Assembly (NCBI RefSeq): GCF_006345805.1
Contig: NW_021833681.1
Span: forward strand, 1 to 56,961
Origin: Octopus sinensis
Taxonomy: Eukaryota
Direction of reading: 5' to 3'
DNA: 56,961 bases
Positions 52,472-56,961 of this stretch are shown here, in pieces. A model generated the notes under the pieces. That model was not told where the DNA came from and did not search any database. It saw nothing but the letters and a program-made list of their open reading frames with translations. The position numbers were made by a program, and so were the translations under genes. Numbering within the stretch: the stretch's first letter is position 1; each line of letters begins with the position of its first letter.

Positions 52472-53768
52472 TAGTCTCTGGATGCAAGCTTAGCTGGGTG
52501 GGGCTGTTTTTCTCGCCCTTGTAAACATAAGGCCGACAGGAAGCGTTGATGCTTCCTAGGGCTAAATAGCGGCGGTGTGATTCCCTTCATGGGACTGTCA
52601 CATTAAGCTGACTGTATAAGAACACGAAACGGAGCGAGAAAATCTAGAGTTGCTTAAGCTCAATGATAAAGAAGAACAGATGGAAGAGACATGTTTGCAG
52701 CCGGGAGAAATTACAGATACAGTCGGATTTTCAATAAGAAATCTAAGGCGTAAATGTGGTGAAAAAACGTAGGCGATAAGTATAATTACGAGTGTAATGC
52801 AACTTCTGTAAAACTGATTTCATTTTTCTTTTCTTCTCCATATCTCTTTTTGCTTGGCATTAAGGACTGTCCGGATAATTCTTGCGGAAGCAATGCAAAT
52901 ATTTTCTGCACAGTAATCACTTCCCCTACTTTATGGAGGTGAAGATTTTCATTTCAAACTACGCTTTTAGAGTTTTTCTCAATGCTTCTAAGGTTCTATA
53001 AAACGGACGAAGATGTGAACGAGGCTGTAGACTCGCGAAGGAAAACACTCGAAAAGAAAGAAAACGAGAGGAAGAAGAAATGTCGTATAAAGAATGAATC
53101 TGGTGAAAAAAACGTAGGCGGTAAGTATAATTACGAGTGTAATGCAACTAACGTTTGAAAAAATGTGAATTGAACTGCAAATGAACTGAGAATTGAACTT
53201 GTGTTATTTGTTTTGTGAAATTGTAAAAAAAATGAAAAAAATAATGTAATGCTTGAAAAAAAAAAAGAAAACGAAAATAGAAAGACTAATGTGAACAATT
53301 AAGGATACATTTTATACGATAAGGATAAGAAGGCTATCGTGGTTTCGCCTCACAGTGAGACCCGATGGTATCGGGAATTAATGTGAAAAATTCCCGGTTC
53401 GTCTCGCAGCGGGAGTGAGTCGAACCGTCTCATTCTAATTATTTGTTAATCATTCCATCATTCCATCAATCATACATCATTTGTTTTATGTTCCCGTGTC
53501 TCTTGTTATGTGTCCCCTCTATATAATCAGGCCATTGTGCCTATAATAAAGAAAAAAACCATGCTGCTCCAGACTGATGACGAGCAAGACTCTGAAACTA
53601 GTCTCTGGTTGCAGGCTTAGCTGGGTGGGGGTGCTTGTCTCTCCCTTGTAAACACAAGGACACAGGAAATGTGTCAAGGCCGACAGGAAGCATTGATGCT
53701 TCCTAGGGTTAAATAGCGATGGTGTGATTCCCTTCATGGGACTGTCACTTTAAGTTAACAGTATATAA
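52470..53768 (+). mobile_element. Non-autonomous Penelope/retrozyme-like element (family HB) with terminal direct repeats
   Basis: 52470-52620 is repeated at 53597-53768. The second repeat is preceded by a hammerhead. No long ORF. Confidence 0.65.
53569..53608 (+). ncRNA. Minimal type I hammerhead ribozyme (canonical core)
   Basis: CCAGA-CTGATGA-cGAGcaagaCTCt-GAAA-CTAG-TC-TCTGG; palindromic ACTAGT; cleavage predicted after C53603; C-U mismatch at the base of stem II. Confidence 0.7.
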
Positions 53769-54062
53769 CTGCTCGATCGTACCACCACTGCTTATATATC
53801 TTTGAGATATTTAGAAATGTAATATTTCTAATATATATATATAATAGTTATCGCCATACTAATATGGCATTCTTATAAAAATAAGAATAAAGCTATCCGC
53901 TTATTAGCTCCATGAGGCCATCGCCTTAAGTTAGCTATTTGATACACAAACTGTATCCATATAACCTTCGAACAAGGGAGGTCAGTCGCTCCACACTACT
54001 TGACCGGCAGCTACAGACGCGTTTCGGGGTATTGTCAGAAGCGACACCTACTGGCTGGCTAC

Positions 54063-54104
54063 GCTGCATTGAAAAGGGGCAATACCCCGAAACGCGTCTG
54101 TAGC
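54063..54104 (+). ncRNA. Minimal type I hammerhead ribozyme, U3-A8 core variant, copy 1
   Basis: GCTGCA-TTGAAAA-GGGG-caata-CCCC-GAAA-CGCG-TC-TGTAGC; cleavage predicted after C54098. Confidence 0.75.
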
Positions 54105-54409
54105 TGCCGGTCAAGTAGTGTGGAGCGACTGACCTCCCTTGTTCGAAGGTTAGCTATCAAATAGCTAACTTAAGGCGATGGCCTCATGGAGCTAATAAGC
54201 GGACAGCTTTATTCTTATTTTTATAAGAATGCCATATTAGTATGGCGATAACTATTATTTTCCGGGAACGCTGCCGCTGTTCTCTTTTAGAGAGACTTAG
54301 TAATTTTAATATTTCTATTATTGAAAACAAGTGGATGTATTCCACCGAAACTAGGTAAATAAAACCATCGAACAGAGATTGTCAGAAGCGACACCTATTG
54401 GCTGGCTAC

Positions 54410-54451
54410 GCTGCATTGAAAAGGGGCTATACCCCGAAACGCGTCTGTAGC
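54410..54451 (+). ncRNA. Minimal type I hammerhead ribozyme, U3-A8 core variant, copy 2
   Basis: Same as copy 1 except loop II ctata; cleavage predicted after C54445. Confidence 0.75.
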
Positions 54452-54680
54452 TGCCGGTCAAGTAGTGTGGAGCGACTGACCTCCCTTGTTCGAAGGTTAT
54501 ATGGATACAGTTTGTGTATCAAATAGCTAACTTAAGGCGATGACCTCATGGAGCTAATAAGCGGACAGCTTTATTCTTATTTTTATAAGAATGCCATATT
54601 AGTATGGCGATAACTATTATTTTCCGGGAACGCTGCCGCTGTTCTCTTTTAGAGAGACTTAGTAATTTTAATATTTCTAT

Positions 54681-54747
<67 letters not shown>

Positions 54748-54906
54748 TATTATATATATATGTATGTATATATATGAATGTATGTATGTAAATATACTTA
54801 GATATTGCTCTCTAGTTTCTGGAGATTCTTCGGCATGTATATATATATATACAAACGCAGAATACATATATACGTATACGTAGACACACGCATATTTACA
54901 TATACA

Positions 54907-54937
<31 letters not shown>

Positions 54938-54952
54938 GTCTATATATATTTA

Positions 54953-55003
<51 letters not shown>

Positions 55004-55329
55004 ATATATATATATATATATATCCATATCTCTGTTTATATATATATATATGCAAGTATGTATGTATGTATCCGATCTCTACATCCGGAGACGTTTACGA
55101 AGTAATCATGTCTTGATTCTAACAGAATCTAGAAAGAACTGGAAAATATGTGATCGATAGTAGAAGCTCTTCTGTCAGCGTTCTGAGTTTTATAGAAAGA
55201 ATATCTACTGTTTGGTTAAGAAGAGATCACTTGTGAATAATTAAATAGTTTATCTTCCTTAGTGGCGTAACAGTTAACGGAAGCCGAAAGAAATTCTGTA
55301 TTATTTAAAATATTAAGATTTATGTATGC

Positions 55330-55410
55330 ATATATGCTGAAAATTTCCTGGCTTGAGGTAAAAAAAAATAGGGAGGATCAATTAATTATGATTTTATTCC
55401 CCATATTCCA
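55330..55410 (+). mobile_element. Mariner MITE terminal fragment
   Basis: gctgaaaatttcctggcttgaggtaaaaaaaaatagggaggatcaattaattatgattttatt. Confidence 0.55.
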
Positions 55411-55547
55411 CTATCTGATTCACAAGGCATCGCTACAGTAAAAGACACTGCCCGCCCAAGGTGTTGCACAATGGAACTTAACACAAAATCACATGGTTGC
55501 AAAGCCAGCTTCTTAGCCACACAGTCATGTTTGCGTCTATAGTTGAA

Positions 55548-55745
55548 CTTCTGTAAAACGGATTTCATTTTTCTTTTCTTCTCCATATCTGTTTTTGCTT
55601 GGCATTAAGGAGTGTCTGGATAATTCTTGCGAAAGCAATGCAAATATTTTCTGCACAGTAATCACTTCCCCTACTTTATGGAGGTGAAGATTTTCATTTC
55701 AAACTACGCTTTTAGAGTTTTTCTCAATGCTTCAAAGGTTCCTAT
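55548..55745 (+). repeat. Dispersed copy of the HB internal segment (52800-53000)
   Basis: Near-identical aacttctgtaaaac..cagtaatcacttcccctactttatggaggtg..aaggttc.ataaaac. Confidence 0.85.
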
Positions 55746-55827
55746 AAAACTAGAAAATATCATGAATTGCAAACGTCATTGTTCCAACACTCGAGGATTT
55801 TATCCTTTCAGTGGGTATAAAGTTCTA

Positions 55828-55829
<2 letters not shown>

Positions 55830-55891
<62 letters not shown>

Positions 55892-55945
55892 TGCCTTCCT
55901 TCCTTCCTTCTTTCCTTCCTTTCTCTCTTTCTGTCTTTTTATGTT

Positions 55946-55998
<53 letters not shown>

Positions 55999-56095
55999 GT
56001 TCCTTCGTTCCTTCGTTCGTTCCTTCGTTCCTTTCTTTCTTTCTTTCTTTCTTTTTCTTTCTTTCTTTCTTTCTGTCTTTCTTTCTTTTTATGTT

Positions 56096-56126
<31 letters not shown>

Positions 56127-56185
56127 GTCTGTCTGTCTGCCTTCGTTTCTCTCATTCTGTCTGTCTTTATTTCTTTCTTTCTATC
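55830..56185. repeat. (CTTT)n/(CCTT)n tract
   Basis: Direct reading. Confidence 0.95.
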
Positions 56186-56375
56186 GTTTGAATTTTGCGT
56201 AATGGCCGGCGCCCGCCCCGTCTTCCGTGACGCACGGCAATTGGGCTACAGGCAAATATCGCCAACTTTTGGACTTTACTTGAGTTTGCGATTCACCCTC
56301 CATCATCTCTCGCTCTCTCTCTCCACACAGACACATACAACCATATATATATTATATATATACTATAATATATAT

Positions 56376-56420
<45 letters not shown>

Positions 56421-56842
56421 TTATATATATATATATAGTGTGTAACTATATTAATTATAGATGTTGTAAGATACTACTTAACGTTGACAGTTCCAGATAA
56501 TAACAAATGTCATTTAGTAATTCAGTTGCAAATATTTGATTTCAAATATTCCCTGTGGTGATGTATTTTTTCCTTTTTAGCTTTCATCCGTCTGGTGTCT
56601 ATTAATTAAATAATAGTAACATTGCAGAGTTGATTTCGTCGACATTTCTTCACATTTGCCTTGTAAAAAGAAAGCAAAAAAACAAACAAACAAACCACAC
56701 ACAACCAAACAGACAAGCAAACGCTATTCAATTCATCTCATATGGAGGAAAACTGTGTTCTATTTTCATTTATATACTCATATCCACGTACACACATATA
56801 TATGCATCAAGATAAATACATAAATACAAATATGTATGTACA

Positions 56843-56911
<69 letters not shown>

Positions 56912-56918
56912 CATCATT

Positions 56919-56961
56919 GAAGGCGCATGGCTCAGTGGTTAGAGCGTCGAGCTTACGATCG
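56919..56961 (+). mobile_element. tRNA-SINE family C head, cut by the window end
   Basis: gaaggcgcatggctcagtggttagagcgtcg matches 20053. Confidence 0.7.

Larger units (their letters stand above)
53841..54683 (+). mobile_element. Non-autonomous Penelope/retrozyme-like element (family HA): inverted partial copy plus tandem repeats
   Basis: 53841-54034 is the reverse complement of 54080-54258 and 54427-54620; direct repeats 54031-54321 and 54378-54683; flanked by (TA)n. Confidence 0.8.

Noticed and set aside
53700-53715. TAACCCTA telomerase-template-like motif on the minus strand
   Set aside because: Only 8 nt, mutated in the sister repeat (tagggcta), and it lies within a mobile repeat.

Overview
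This is AT-rich, microsatellite-saturated eukaryotic DNA. It is most likely octopus (cephalopod), judged from recurrent tRNA-headed SINE families that I recognise by eye; no database search was run. I find no confidently supported host protein-coding gene. Nearly all long ORFs in the track are translations of simple repeats. The complex sequence is mostly decayed mobile elements: three tRNA-SINE families, CR1-type and L1/Tx1 LINE pieces, at least six R4/Dong-like fragments inside (TAA)n, mariner/Tc1 remnants and a Helitron with intact ends. The most interesting region is 51.9-54.7 kb. It holds a cluster of ORF-less Penelope-LTR/retrozyme-like repeats among (TA)n. They carry minimal type I hammerhead ribozymes with palindromic stem III. 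One family has a tandem pair 347 nt apart with a compensatory U3-A8 core and a ~190 bp inverted arm. A second family has a canonical CUGAUGA core. The next most interesting feature is a ~0.9 kb non-coding array at 5.75-6.64 kb. It contains same-strand GATCAAAG (TCF/LEF-like) motifs, often spaced exactly 21 bp apart, with unrelated spacers. A few weak exon and promoter candidates are listed at low confidence.
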